From positions 156,054,001 through 156,118,000 of the forward strand of contig OX597815.1 of the NCBI GenBank assembly GCA_951406725.2: a DNA stretch of 64,000 nucleotides, read 5' to 3'. Of this stretch, positions 1-12,422 are shown piece by piece (position 1 is the first letter of the stretch; every line of letters begins with the position of its first letter). The notes below the pieces were generated by a model. It was not told the DNA's origin. It searched no databases and was given only the letters and a program-made list of their open reading frames with translations. Position numbers and translations under genes: made by a program. The DNA comes from Octopus vulgaris (taxonomy: Eukaryota).

Positions 1-978
1 GTGCGTGTGTATGTATGTATATGAACACATAGATGTACTCAGATACTCTCAACCCCACCAAGCTTGCTTGATGAGGAGGGTGCTTATTGGACACCCTGCG
101 GGATGAAAAACAAAACCAGTCAAAGGGCGGAGGAACTCTTGAGAGTCAACGGCCATCCAATAAATGTCTTAAGGCTGTATCATGCGCGGGGACATAGAAA
201 TAATCGGACTGAATACCAGCTACGATAAAGGCTCTACTTATATTTTATTACCTACTTGTATTGACGTTTAATATTTTGGCAAAATCATCATAGATAAAGA
301 AACAAGATTTTGAGTGAGACAGCGAATGCAACCCAATTAAGATACCAACCTGAAGCAGTGCCTTTCATTTATACTGAGTTATACCTTATTAGACACATCC
401 CACTTTCTCTACTCCTCTAAAACTCATAATTTTTGTATTATGTGTCCACTAGAAAAGAATTTAGTTTTAGATGATTTAATGAAAAGTTAATTCTGCCTTA
501 TTTCCTTAATTTAACTTTTTTTGTTATTTTGGCTATTATATTCGTGATTATATTTGCTTCGTATTTCACGTCATCCATAAACAGAAAGCTAATTTGGTGC
601 CAGCGTTCAATAACAGAAGCTGAGGTGTTCCTAATGGATTGCATTTACGCATTTTATTATATCCTTTTATAACCTGAATCGAAATCCTCTTGGAATCATC
701 TTCACCTTTGTTCAATCTGCTATAGATTTATTCGACTTTAACACTAACATGAAAATGCATAGGCGTATGTCAATGCAAGAAATCAAAATAATTATATCAT
801 TAGCTTTCGTATTAATTATTGTTGTTGTCGTTGTTGTTTTTGATGTTATTGTTATAGTTATTATCGTATTACTCTTTTATTGTTAGAGTATATTCAAATA
901 GTATTTGCCTCACTGCATTCTAAAATACAGTCTCTAACACTGTCATATGACGAAATGGAAGATACATGTGTGTATTTG

Positions 979-1015
<37 letters not shown>

Positions 1016-1349
1016 GTGTGCAGTTTTTTTAAATGGTATAGATTGTTATTATATTGTGTTGATCCGTATTCTCATTCATGAAATGGAAATGACAATAGTA
1101 AAAATCTTAGAACATGATGACAAAAAAATGAAACAAATTGGAACTTGATGAAAAAGAAAACAATTTATATATATATATATATATGAAATTTAAATGATGA
1201 AAATTATTTAATTATTCTAAAGAAAAGCAGAATACAGAAAAAGAAAAAAGGTAATACGGTTAATTAACATACCCAAGAGAATTAAGCATACAAGGTATAT
1301 ACTTAACTCTGATTATAAATTAATAGAAAAAATAAATATTTTGCTAGGA

Positions 1350-1671
1350 ACTGTAAATGTAGGACAAGATACTGTGATAGCCTGGGCTTCCGAGGCCCAC
1401 AGCTCTTCAATATCCTCCCGAAGAACCTAAGAGACCTGCATGGGGTGGATGCAGATGTCTTTAAAATGAAACTGGATCTCTTCTTGTCAGGTATCCCAGA
1501 TGAACCAACTTCACGGCAGGAGGTGCAGATGAGGGCAGCTGCATCGAACTCTCTCATGCACCAAATGGCAGTTGCCAAAAAGTATTCGTGAAGTAAAACC
1601 ATGTAGCAACACCAAATGGCGGTGCCCCAGCATGGCCACAGCTCGTGAGCTGAAACTAGAATCAATCAATC
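1350..1671 (+). mobile_element. 3' end of a CR1/L2-group LINE (ORF2 C-terminus, 3' UTR, (AATC)n tail)
   Basis: Reads ...SLGFRGPQLFNILPKNLRDLHGVDADVFKMKLDLFLSGIPDEP... to TGA at 1589-1591, a typical CR1/L2-group C-terminus. Ends ggcggtgccccagcatggccacag...ctgaaactag plus aatc repeats. Confidence 0.75.
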
Positions 1672-1851
1672 TGAATTTGTGAATTCCTATATTTATCGAT
1701 TTACCAACACAGTCATCATAGAAAAACATACATTATAAAAGTGACATTATGTTTTGTTCAACAGTTTTTAGATTATATGGCAGGCAAATACAGGATTACA
1801 CAGGTGTATTTTGAAAAAAGCAATTGAATAAATGTAAGACATATTACTTAC

Positions 1852-2550
1852 CGGATCGTTGTTAGGATCCAAGGCTTCGACCAAGGTCTTTACGTGGCCA
1901 TCAGCGACAACTCTATGTTGGACGTTAGCTCCATGACACATTACGACAAGAATTCGCGCACTTAAAATTTGTAGGCAGTGATGTGTACATTGCCGTCGCC
2001 TCGTGCTAGGTGAGCACTTTTGCCGAGTTCCTATTATGCGTTTATGCATTGTGATATTATTGTGTAATACACTTAGAATCTGACTGGGGTCAGAATTGGT
2101 CAGAATTTCTAATGGAGTTCGATTTAACGGCATTATAGGTATGCGTAAATCATCCTCTTCTTGTAGACGATCATTATAACTTTGTTCCTTGAGGACAAAT
2201 TTCTTCGAACTTGATGATGGTTTACGACTAAGATTCGATGTCTCATCGAGTGATGTCTTTTGAGTAATTGGTTCTTTACGCATTGATAACCCACGGTTAG
2301 TGTTATTATCAATGTTTGCATTCGGACAGGCAGCAATGTTTTCAATGCTGTCTGTTAAAGAGCCAATTTCATAATTCCTATGATAAATGCATAAATCAAG
2401 GATTCGGTTAATAGTACTTAAAGCCGTAAAATGTAAAGATTGCTTCCCTCGCAGGAGATCAAAACCAATTCCTAACAGTTTAGTTAATTCCAGAAACAGA
2501 GAATGTTTTTCATCGTCGGATTGGGCGCCTTCCAGTTGTTCACAGCAGGT
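1852..2550 (-). CDS. Internal coding exon (233 codons, phase 0/0) of the host gene; tentatively the N-terminal region of an invertebrate phospholipase C-epsilon-like protein
   Basis: Open frame TCCEQLEGAQSDDEKHSLFLELTKLL...CTHHCLQILSARILVVMCHGANVQHRVVADGHVKTLVEALDPNNDP. Bounded by polypyrimidine acceptor (tttttttattcaag|) and donor CCG|GTAAGT. The exon call is strong; the PLC-epsilon assignment is from recalled similarity only and needs BLASTP. Confidence 0.8.
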
Positions 2551-5074
2551 CTTGAATAAAAAAAAGAGAGAAATAAAGACACATAAAGAATTTTATGCAT
2601 ATCATGGATAATATTTTTCTTATGCAAAGAGAAGATACATGAATTATTCCAGACATCTAAACAGACATCTTGGTAATTATACATACAGAGAATTTCAGAT
2701 GTTGATTTCATAAAAGCAACTCTTAATATTAAATTTTAATTCAAGGAGAAAAACGTATTATTCCATTTGAAATTATTAAAGAACCATACAATGAAGAAGC
2801 AAAACATTTTCAGTTATTCTGAATACAGTAAATCTCACATTAAATATAACATAGTTCGGGGTTGTACTTGTTTGGTTGTTTGGCAAGTGACTTAAGTATT
2901 TTTGATTTAAAAACATACTGACAGTCGTTGAGGTATATTAAGTTGCAAGGTAAACAATATACCCAATGGTATCTTATATAGATATAAAATCTGAAATTTT
3001 CATACAACGAGGAATGGAAATTTGTGACGTTTAAATTTCTTTTTAATTCCAAATGGTTTACGTGAAAAGGGTTTTAAATAGGAATCGATACTGGGTATTG
3101 TACTTTTCCCTCACGGGAGTTAACCACAGCTGTATAGCATTTGCCATAGCAAACCCTCGAATAATGAATAATGAAGACAAATCGATACATACTTAGCTTC
3201 GGGAATCTAGGAATAGAATATATCATAAACATAATTTTCAAGATTTAATTAAACAATTTTGCCATGGTTTGTATTTGTTCATTCACATGTTTATTGATTT
3301 ATAATAACTCTATAATCTTATATTAAACTTTTCTTTCTTTTTTAATTGTCAAAGAGAAGAAGAAAGTAAACTATTTATACTATTTATTCAATAAATATAA
3401 ATAGTAAAAATATGGCTTCAACTGATATTGAACAGCTTTCGTTTGACAAAACTTTGTGTATTTTACAATTAAATGTCTCTGGATATTTCTTTCCCAGAAA
3501 CAATTTCAACAAGATAGACTGAAAATGTATCGGAAATATTTAAAACCTATACCAAAATACAGAAATATAAAATTCATTTGTGTGCAAACGTGTCGAAGAC
3601 AACCTTACGTCGAGGTAATCATCCCTCTCCACAATTAATAATGACAGACGTAACTTCTACATATAAAGCAGTAAATATATTGAAGTGCCTCAATAGTGAG
3701 GCATTTCAAAGAGTTTCCTAGTCGGTTCAAAACTTGTCACTATACTTCGTTTCTTGTACTCAAAGCGACAAATATATAAGTATAATGCATTCATTTTATT
3801 TTTAAATATGAAGTGTACTCAAAATAATTTCTATAACATCTTCAGCTATCGTTATACTTTACATTTTTCATGAGAAATGTTTTCTATGCAATTTTATCAC
3901 TGATTATCATTGCTATATACCTTCAGTTCTGTTACATACAAAGAAGCGATTTGTTGGCCTCTCTTTCTTTCTCTATCCCAGTTTCTATGTTTCAGTCCCC
4001 AAAACTCGACATCATTATATAGATTAAGCCCATTAAGGAGCCTTTACACAGTCACATAATCTAGAAATAGCACCTAAGTCATCTTCAATTACATTCTCCT
4101 GAGAGGTCGTCTACGTTGTTTCTCGACCTGTTGGAAATAACAGTAAAATCTCGGTCAAATTACGCACTTCGCACCTCAAAAGATGGACTCATACAATGTG
4201 ATCCAAAATACTCTAAAAGAAGAGAACTTATGGCTGTAAAGTTGGTCGATGTATGGATCGACTGGGGTTAAGAATTCATTTCAAATTTTGGCACAAGGCC
4301 ATAAATTCCGTGGGAGGGATAAGTCGATTACATCGACCCCATTACTCAACTGAAAGTAATGGAGCTGCATAATAACATTTGGATAATATAGTCTGTTATG
4401 CGAATAATAATAATAATGGTACACACCTCCTACGTGACGAGTTATATGTGACAGTCATTATAAATACTGTCATTCCTAATACTGGAATGGTTATATGTTA
4501 CTTTTCAAGTAACAACACCAGCACAAAAAGATAAACCGAAACGCACAAGTATAAGAAAAAGTAATTGTACAGAGTTCCTGAAAGTGGATGCCAAACGAAA
4601 AATATTAAACATGTAACTGTAAAAAGGTTTTTTTAATTAAGAAAGGGAGGTGGGATGTTGTAAAGATTATTGCTATTAAAAGAAATAAAATTATATCCCA
4701 AGAAAAAAGGAAAACTTTAAAGAGATTTTACAGGGATAATAGTAATAACGGTACACCTCTTCCACATCACGAGTGATATGTGTTAGTCATTATAAACACT
4801 GTCAGTCAGTGTCAGTGTAGTAGAGAGTACGGAGTAGACGGTCATACATAGTCGTGGCCTTACTTGTCTAGCTAACTAACTACTATACCGAAGTGGCGTA
4901 CAACAGCCCGACAGAGGATTACAACATAGCCCTAGATACTCTATATCGGAAATAAAAGATGTGATATAGTCTCGAGAGAGACGCTTCTGATCATAAGTTT
5001 ATTCGATCAATATGAACCTGTAGAACAACAACAATAGCTGCAGCAACAATAAATATGTAAGAACCGGTCTTTAA

Positions 5075-5692
5075 CAATTTCAATATTTGGCACATGTCCA
5101 GAAAATACAGTTGAGGAGGGAAGTCGATTACATCGACCTCAGTACTCAGCTGGTACTTATTGTATCGACCCTGAAAGAATGAAAGGCAAAGTTGACCTCG
5201 GTGGAATTTGAACTCAGAAGGTGAAGACAAGCGAAATGATGCTAAGCGCAGGAGTGGCTGTTTGGTAAGTAGCTTGCTAACCAACCACATGGTTCCGGGT
5301 TCAGTCCCACTGCGTGGCATCGTGGGCACGTGTCTTCTGCTATAGCCCCGGGCCGACCAATACCTTGTGAGTGGATTTGGTAGACGGAAACTGAAAGAAG
5401 CCTGTCGTATATATGTATATATATATATAAGTGTGTGTGAATATGTTTGTGTGTCTGTGTTTGTTCCCCTAGCATTGCTTGACAACCGATGCTGGTGTGT
5501 TTACGTCCCCGTAACTTAGCGGTTCGGCAAAAGACCCGATAGAATAAGTACTGGGCTTACAAAGAATAAGTCCCGGGGTCGATTTGCTCGACTAAAGGCG
5601 GTGCTCCAGCATGGCCGCAGTCAAATGACTGAAACGAGTTAAAAAAAAAAAAAAAAGCATTTTGCTAAAGATTCTGCTAGTTCGTCGCCTTA
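5075..5692 (-). mobile_element. Deu/Nin-domain SINE (family B), interrupted by a family-A SINE
   Basis: Reverse complement contains the ctgagttcaaattcc...gcctttcat...gtcgata...gtaccag core. The head resumes after 5656 (gcattttgctaaagattctgctagttcgtcgcc). Confidence 0.75.
5246..5656 (+). mobile_element. Full-length tRNA-derived SINE (family A) with CR1/L2-type tail
   Basis: A box-like gtggctgtttggtaag, B box-like ggttcagtccc, internal (TA)/(TG) tract, tail ggcggtgctccagcatggccgcag...ctgaaac, poly(A). Many copies in the window. Confidence 0.9.
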
Positions 5693-6384
5693 ACTCTTGT
5701 CATTAATAATTTCTATTTTTAATCAAAGCAACCGGGATACTGATTCAAGACATCCATCTTGTCTTTTAAGCTGAAAGAGAACAACATAATTTTGTATCTC
5801 CTCTAACCATAATTCATAAACCTATTTGTTTCATAAGACGATAGGAGAGAGATTTTCACTTCTCTGATCATTCCCTATTAATTAATGAGAACATTTACAA
5901 ATATATTAGCAAAAGATCGATATTTATCTCTAAGAGCAATGGAAATCTGCGTGTTGAACAAATACAAGTCTATATTTATAAGCAATATATTCGTTCATTT
6001 AATATAGTATATAATTATTTGTACATTAATGTTACTTCTTTATTGTCAGTAGAGTATCGTTCTTTATACTTTATCAGCTTTCTGAAAGGTGTTTAAACCT
6101 TAATGAGAAAAAGAAAGAGGAAGCGAGATGAAGAGAGGAAGAAGAGATGGATAGAGAATGGTGAAGAAAAGTGGTGGGAGAGAAAAGGAAATGAACAGAA
6201 AGAGGGAGTAATGAGAAGACATCTAGAGAGAGAAAGAGGAGGAGAGAGAGAGAAGAGGAAGGAAGAGGTGTAACATTTCACCTATATCGGAAACGATAAT
6301 CATCTGATAAGATTTGAAATCCCAATTATCCGGTCGTTAATCACGTGCCAATTCTTTAATGCAAATCTTAGCCAAAAACAAAAC

Positions 6385-6426
<42 letters not shown>

Positions 6427-6934
6427 TACACACACACAAATATTGTTTTAATCAGAAGAACGGGGTTGTATACATGACATTTTTGGATCCTTCGAGATTA
6501 GTGAGGTTGATATTGATGCTGTGTTAAAATGTTAGTAAGTCAATATCCGTAAGAAAAACATGGACAAGAAGAGAATTTCATTAATTTCAGACAATTGATA
6601 CTCTGAAGATGAAGGATTGAACACAGGGGTTAGTGCAGGTCATGGGAGGGAGATTAAGAGAATAAATTGCAACGGAAAATGTCTATGTTCCGTGATCCGT
6701 GTAGTGGTTGCATGCAGCAAGCTAATTCTGGGCAGAATAAACCCTTTTAGGAATAAAGACGAGATGGCTAAATTATCTTCATCTCATACACAACCGTTTT
6801 ATAAAGGTACCGTTGGACAATATTGACAAGAGAGCTATGGCGTGATTGTCTTTGTTCATACGTTTGATCGGAGGAGGTCATTTGAGTCTTCACAACAACA
6901 AGTTCCTTTTTGACACATTTGTGTAAATAATTTG

Positions 6935-7300
6935 TGCGCAGGCACGGTTGTGTGTTTAAGAAGTTCAATTTTCAGCTGTGTGATCTCTCGTTCAGTCCCA
7001 CTGAGCCTCATCTGGAGCAAGTGTCTTCTAGTATAAGGTCGACCAATGCCTTGTGGCAGACAGAAATTGTATGGAAGTCAATCCTGTATATGTGTGCGTG
7101 TCTTTGTATCTGTGGTTATCCCGATACCAGCTGACAACCGTTGTTGGTCTAGTTCACTGAAGTATTAAGCTATAGGGACTTAAACAATCCATTTGCATTG
7201 ATACCAGACTTAAAAATCAAACACTGACGTCGATTTGTTTGACTAAAACACTAAGTTAGTTTCTCCAGCAGCGTAGCCGTACTCTAATGACTGGAACAAA
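6935..7300 (+). mobile_element. Degenerate family-A SINE
   Basis: gttcagtcccactg...caagtgtcttctagtata...ccttgtgg and tail ctccagcagcgtagccgtac...atgactggaac match the copy at 5246. Confidence 0.65.
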
Positions 7301-7725
7301 TCAAACATACACAGAGTCGACCACCTTGAGACTTTCAGCTCGTTCCCTTCGTTAGTTTTGACTATGACCGTCTGAGTTACGCGACTTGTGAAATATGCGG
7401 ATTTATTATGTACCAGCCATGATATCAAATGCGTACCGCTCGCATACTCAATTAAAACTCACTCATCAATTAACTAGCATTTCTAGTTTTCTATCTACAT
7501 CCTAATACATTTTTATCATCTAAATTTATTGGATTACTTTTCTCTATATACACCTATTCCTCCCAATAGCCAGGCCCTCACCAAAACTCCATGAACCAAA
7601 CTATTTCGCTCCCCACTGACTGTCTATCTGTCTGTCTGTCTGTCCCTCTCTCTCTCTCTCTCTCTCTCAATCTCTCTTTGTCCCTCTCAGTGTCTCTGTC
7701 TCTGTCAGTGTCTCTTTGTCTCTCT

Positions 7726-7789
<64 letters not shown>

Positions 7790-7827
7790 TATACATACAT
7801 ATATATGTGTTACATACATAAAGAAAT

Positions 7828-8217
7828 GGTGGCGAGCTGGCAGAATCGTTAGCACGCCGGGCGAAATGCGAAGCCGTATTTCGTCTGCCATTACGTTCTG
7901 AGTTCAAATTCCGCCGAGGTCGACTTTGCCTTTCATCCTTTCGCGGTCGATAAATTAAGTACCAGTTACGCACTAGGGTCGACCTAAGCCGTTTGTCTGT
8001 CCTTGCTTGTACACTCTGTGTTTAGCTCTTTGTGGGTAGTAAAGGAATAGGTATTTCGTCTGTCTTTAAGTTCTGAGTTCAAATTCCACTGAGGTCGACT
8101 TTGCCTTTCATCCTTTCGGGGTCGATAAATTAAATACCAGTTGTGTACAAGGATCAATTTAATCGACAGGCCCCCTCCCCCAAATTTTGGGCCTTGTGCC
8201 TCGAATAGAAAAGAATA
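7828..8217 (+). mobile_element. Dimeric Deu/Nin-type SINE (family B: Tx1-tailed monomer plus truncated second monomer)
   Basis: Head ggcgagctggcagaatcgttagcacgccgggcg; core gcctttcatcctttcg(c/g)ggtcgataaa occurs twice; junction at 8049/8050. Same layout as 15100-15498. Confidence 0.85.
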
Positions 8218-8250
8218 TAAACATAATGTAACATTATTTTAAATATTAAT

Positions 8251-9173
8251 GACATAGGGCAACCAGTTTTATTATTATATCTGATGAGTTCGCTTTATCA
8301 CTTGACTCAGACAAAAATTGACATCATGATTACAACGTCAGACATGTTGTCCAAAAGCTGTTGTCCTGCAGCAACCACCTATTCAGTGGCCTGTCAAATG
8401 CACCAGTTTTAATTTTCTCACAAGACAAAGCTGAAAGCTTTCTGATCAAGTATTTGAAACAGGCACAGTCTCAGCGTTTCAACACATTTTATACACTATA
8501 TAGAGTGCCCAGAATTTGTCTCGATCACTCATCAAGTTTCATGTCAAAGTAAGTAAGACAAGTTTTCTTCACAAACTTTATGATTTCGTTTCGCTGCCCA
8601 GGTAGAATGTAACATTAATGGGGACATTACAAATCTCAACTTTCATAAGGAATAATTATATTAAATCAAGGTTATATTAAATCAAGCGTAGTTTAAACAT
8701 ATCTGCGGGCAAATTCCATGAATATGAAACATGTATGATATCAAAGACCAAAGAAAGTTTTTGTTTACTTACAGCTAAATGTATTAAGAACATTTCAGTC
8801 ATCATCATAGTATTTAAAGCTGGTTAGATTGAATTAGCGAAAGTTGCCCAAGTTTAATGTTTTTTGTTTACGAAGGTACCTAAATCATGACTTTTGTTTT
8901 CACTTTTGAGGCTGCATTTACATTAAATGATATTGAAAGTCTATATTGTCAAAGTTTTGTCAAGCTACATACATGGGTATGCATTTGATTTAGCCAAATC
9001 AATCCTTAGAAATGGTGACAATACTTACAGGAAATGTTGAAAAAAGACATTTGAATGTGTGGAAAATCTTGACGTGGTAGAGTAAAATGGTTTTCAGTTT
9101 TGAAATCAGCAGTCCAAAGTTACTAGGATGCATGCTTCCAACATTAGACAACAAAAAACCTTGTTCCCCAGTG
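8251..9173. mobile_element. Possible degenerate DNA transposon remnant
   Basis: Weak terminal inverted similarity (catagggcaaccagtttt vs reverse complement cactggggaacaaggtttt). No recognisable transposase. Confidence 0.25.
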
Positions 9174-9476
9174 AAGGTGCTTTGTTTGGGATATTTTCAA
9201 TGCATTTGGTAGCCCTGACACCTAACATGCAACAGATTGGTGTCTCAGTTCCTGTGCGGGGAATGTTTTCTTGCTTTTTTTTCTACCTTTGAAAAATTCT
9301 AGATCATCTATTTCTCTCTTCTCATCACAGTCTGTTCTGGACGTTCTTGTGATATCGAACGTAGGACTAAGTCTGAAACGTCATTTACTCTGTGACTTTT
9401 TCTCCCCTTGAGCGTCCACCTACTAATGTTAACAGTAATTGTCCCTTGGCCTTTCGCCATTTTGTGTTATTTGTAT

Positions 9477-9783
9477 TTGCTTTGTTTTGTGTGTGTGTGT
9501 GTATATTTTTGTGTGTGTGTATTTACAGCTTAACATCCATGACGGTACAAGTTTATAAATAATAACACTAATACAAAAGAATAAACTAAAATAAAAGCGT
9601 AACAAACAAACAAAAAATGAAATTACAGGTTAAAAATCCCGTTAAATGTTCTGTTGTTCAATAATTTTGTAGGCTCCATGAACTGGGAGATCTTATAGTT
9701 GATAGATCCTTGAAAAGAAATTGCACCACCAGCCTTAGTAGAATTTAAAAACCAATTTAAAAACGTTTGCAATCGAACAATGT

Positions 9784-9838
<55 letters not shown>

Positions 9839-9978
9839 GGTCCCGGGTTGATTCGGGGTTAAATAAGGTACTCAATACATAGCAGAGTAAAATTAATTTT
9901 ACTTCCTGTGCTTCTGTGCTTCCTGAAGATTTCTCTTGAATGAAACAGTTCTAGTCCTGTAGAAGCTCCTTCTATATA

Positions 9979-10073
<95 letters not shown>

Positions 10074-10402
10074 GAGATGAAATATGGGATATATATATAT
10101 ATTGTTCGATTGCAAACGATACCGGAAGACGCTTTAAAATTGGTTTCTAAATTCTACTAATTCTTTTCAAGGATCTATCAACCATAAGATCTCCGAATTC
10201 ATGGAGGCTACAAAATTATTGAAACAACAGAACATTTAACTGTTTTGTTTACCCGTAATTTCATTTTTTTATATTTGTTACGCTTTTATTTTAGTTTATT
10301 CTTTTGTATTAGTGTGATTATTTATAAACTTGTTCTGTCTGTCAGGGATTTTAAGCTGTAAATACACACACACACAAACACACACACACACAAACAAAGC
10401 AA
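9477..10402. repeat. Long inverted repeat: arms 9477-9781 and 10101-10402, ~320 bp microsatellite-rich spacer
   Basis: For example ccttgaaaagaa...tagtagaatttaaaaaccaatt...gtttgcaatcgaacaat versus attgttcgattgcaaac...aattggtttctaaattctacta...ttcttttcaagg. The right arm ends at the RTE insertion. Confidence 0.9.
9918..9966 (+). ncRNA. Type I hammerhead ribozyme motif (Penelope-like pLTR fragment 9837-9984)
   Basis: GCTTC-CTGAAGA-[T TTC TCTT GAA T]-GAAA-CAG(ttctagtc)CTG-TA-GAAGC. All core bases present and stems I and III pair; the stem II closing pair is T-T instead of R-Y. Confidence 0.65.
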
Positions 10403-10781
10403 TTTGGTAGTGAAACATGGGATACAACAAAGAGAGAAGAGCAGAGATTGGTAACGGCTCAAAGAGCCATGGAGAGATCAATACTTGGAATCTCGTTGAG
10501 AGAGATGTCATCGTAGAATATACACGCAGCAAGTTTAGATGGGATAGACACGTCGCCCGGCTCACCGATAATCGGTGGACCCGCGTAGATGTCGAGTGGT
10601 ACCCGCGCGATCACTCGGAAGGCCTCCACGACGGTGGAGTTACGATTTGAGGAGGGCGATAGGGATCGCGTGGATGAGGAAGGTGCGATCCAGAGAGGAG
10701 TGGACAGCGTTCTTTGACCAGCGGTGTCAAATAGACGCCCGACGGACTGGTCGGTCAAGGTGATCAAGGTGATCAAGGTGA
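10403..10781 (+). mobile_element. 5'-truncated RTE-clade LINE
   Basis: [19 protein letters not shown]...EWYPR...[14 protein letters not shown]...W is the RTE ORF C-terminus. 3' tail (tcaaggtga)x3 followed by (TA)n. Confidence 0.85.
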
Positions 10782-10803
10782 TATATATATATATATATAT
10801 ATG

Positions 10804-10870
<67 letters not shown>

Positions 10871-11637
10871 ATGTGTGTGTGTGTGTATGTGTGTATATAG
10901 ACATGTATATATATATATGCATATATATATATATATATTTATTATTCAACTTCTGCCGTAGTTGAACAATATTCTTAAGGCCGTAATTTACTTACACATA
11001 GCATCTTCAGAGCCTTGTCGCTAATTCAGTTCTTAACCAAAGTAAGAAATATTAACACTTTTGAAGAGGACTGGCATAAAAGAAATTGTGATTTGATCCA
11101 GTAGAAAAAGTCTGCATCAAAATTTGTAGCAACTTTACAGATGATTGAGTAACGACTCCAATCAAATTAAGATCTAAATAACTCTTTTATTTTAAAAGCA
11201 AATTATATCTATCTTAGTTTCAGTGACAGAAGAAATCATGAAGAATTTCATAGTTTTGGTCCCAAGCAAAAAAACAAATTATATTCAAAAAGTTGTAAGG
11301 TAAAATACCATGAAAAAATATAAGTAAGGCAAACAATTAAATTCAAGTATAATTAACTTTTTATTTTAAAAACAAATTATATTTTAATTAAGCTTTAATG
11401 ATAGAGATCAATTCAAGGAATTTCATGGTATCAATCTGATGCCATGAAGTTTTAAGAGAAAAAAGCTATGAGTGTTTGTTTCTCAAATTTGAGAGTGATA
11501 ATATAATATTTTTATGAATATAGTTCTTTAAGAGTACTTTTAGTACATGTCACCGGCATCATTGGGGTGATTTTCAATAATATAAAATCATAAATTATTA
11601 ATTAGCATAAGAGCATGGCCTGGAAAAAATATGGATT

Positions 11638-12395
11638 ACATGGAACAATGCGAGCAAGAGAAATAATATTCTTAAGATTATAAACCTTGAAAAATACAGG
11701 ACAGGTTTTTACACTTGGAAATGTTCAGGAAAAGTTACTACATCTGGTAAAGTACAGAACAGGGAAATTATTATTTAAAATATTGCAGTTAAGGATAAAA
11801 TTTGAACATTAAAATTTATTCGCTTTTAATTTACAAAGTAACATTATAATTTTAAAAAAATGTGCCATCATTTTGTTAAAATATCCACTCACTAGAATAC
11901 TTAAAAAATGAGAGCCAGAAGTACCAATATAGCTAAAGTTTTATGCTAAGTAGAATAGTTTATACGGTAAGCAAATTCATTATGTAAAAAAATAGGAATT
12001 GGGGTAAGAATAAAATGTGAAAACTTGGCAATAACTTCGTTAACAACTCTAGCAAATTTTCCTGAGAACTTGTTCCAGGTAGATTTTACTATATTATATA
12101 ACTAATTTTTGTATTATTCTATTCATTGTACTAATCATGTACTACTATCATTTTAAATAAATTTTTTCTATAAATAAAATTTATACTTTTAATAAAAAGC
12201 TAATATTTTCTAAAGCTAAATATTTTATCTGAAATTTTATCCTTAGCTGCAATATTTTAAGTAAAATTTTTCTTGTTCTGTACATAACTTGATGTAATAA
12301 CACTTTTATTACACTTTTCCAAGTGTAATAACTTACCGTGTACTTTCCAAGTCTATAATCTTAATATTATTTCTCTTGCTCGCATTTTTCAATGT
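11638..12395. mobile_element. MITE-like non-autonomous DNA element with ~200 bp terminal inverted repeats
   Basis: Left aatgcgagcaagagaaataatatt...aaaatattgcagttaaggataaaattt is mirrored by aaattttatccttagctgcaatatttt...aatattatttctcttgctcgcatt. Confidence 0.75.
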
Positions 12396-12422
12396 TGTAT
12401 ATATATATATATATATATATAC

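Noticed and set aside
37-235. Structured GC-richer segment with hairpins (agggtg/caccct, actc/gagt); possible LINE 5' end or HDV-like ribozyme
   Set aside because: Could not build the nested double pseudoknot, and no second copy or linked ORF is present.
8281-8320. CTGATGAG hammerhead-like start (similar hits near 39551, 42035, 43531, 50215)
   Set aside because: No correctly placed GAAA or stems I/III.
9345-9390. ggactaagtct-gaaacgtca half hammerhead
   Set aside because: CUGAnGA box missing; at most a decayed pLTR remnant.
11160-11435. Degenerate direct repeat with ~175 bp period; also a 33 bp tandem duplication at 43005-43070
   Set aside because: Two units only, AT-rich, ordinary local duplication; not an array or CRISPR.
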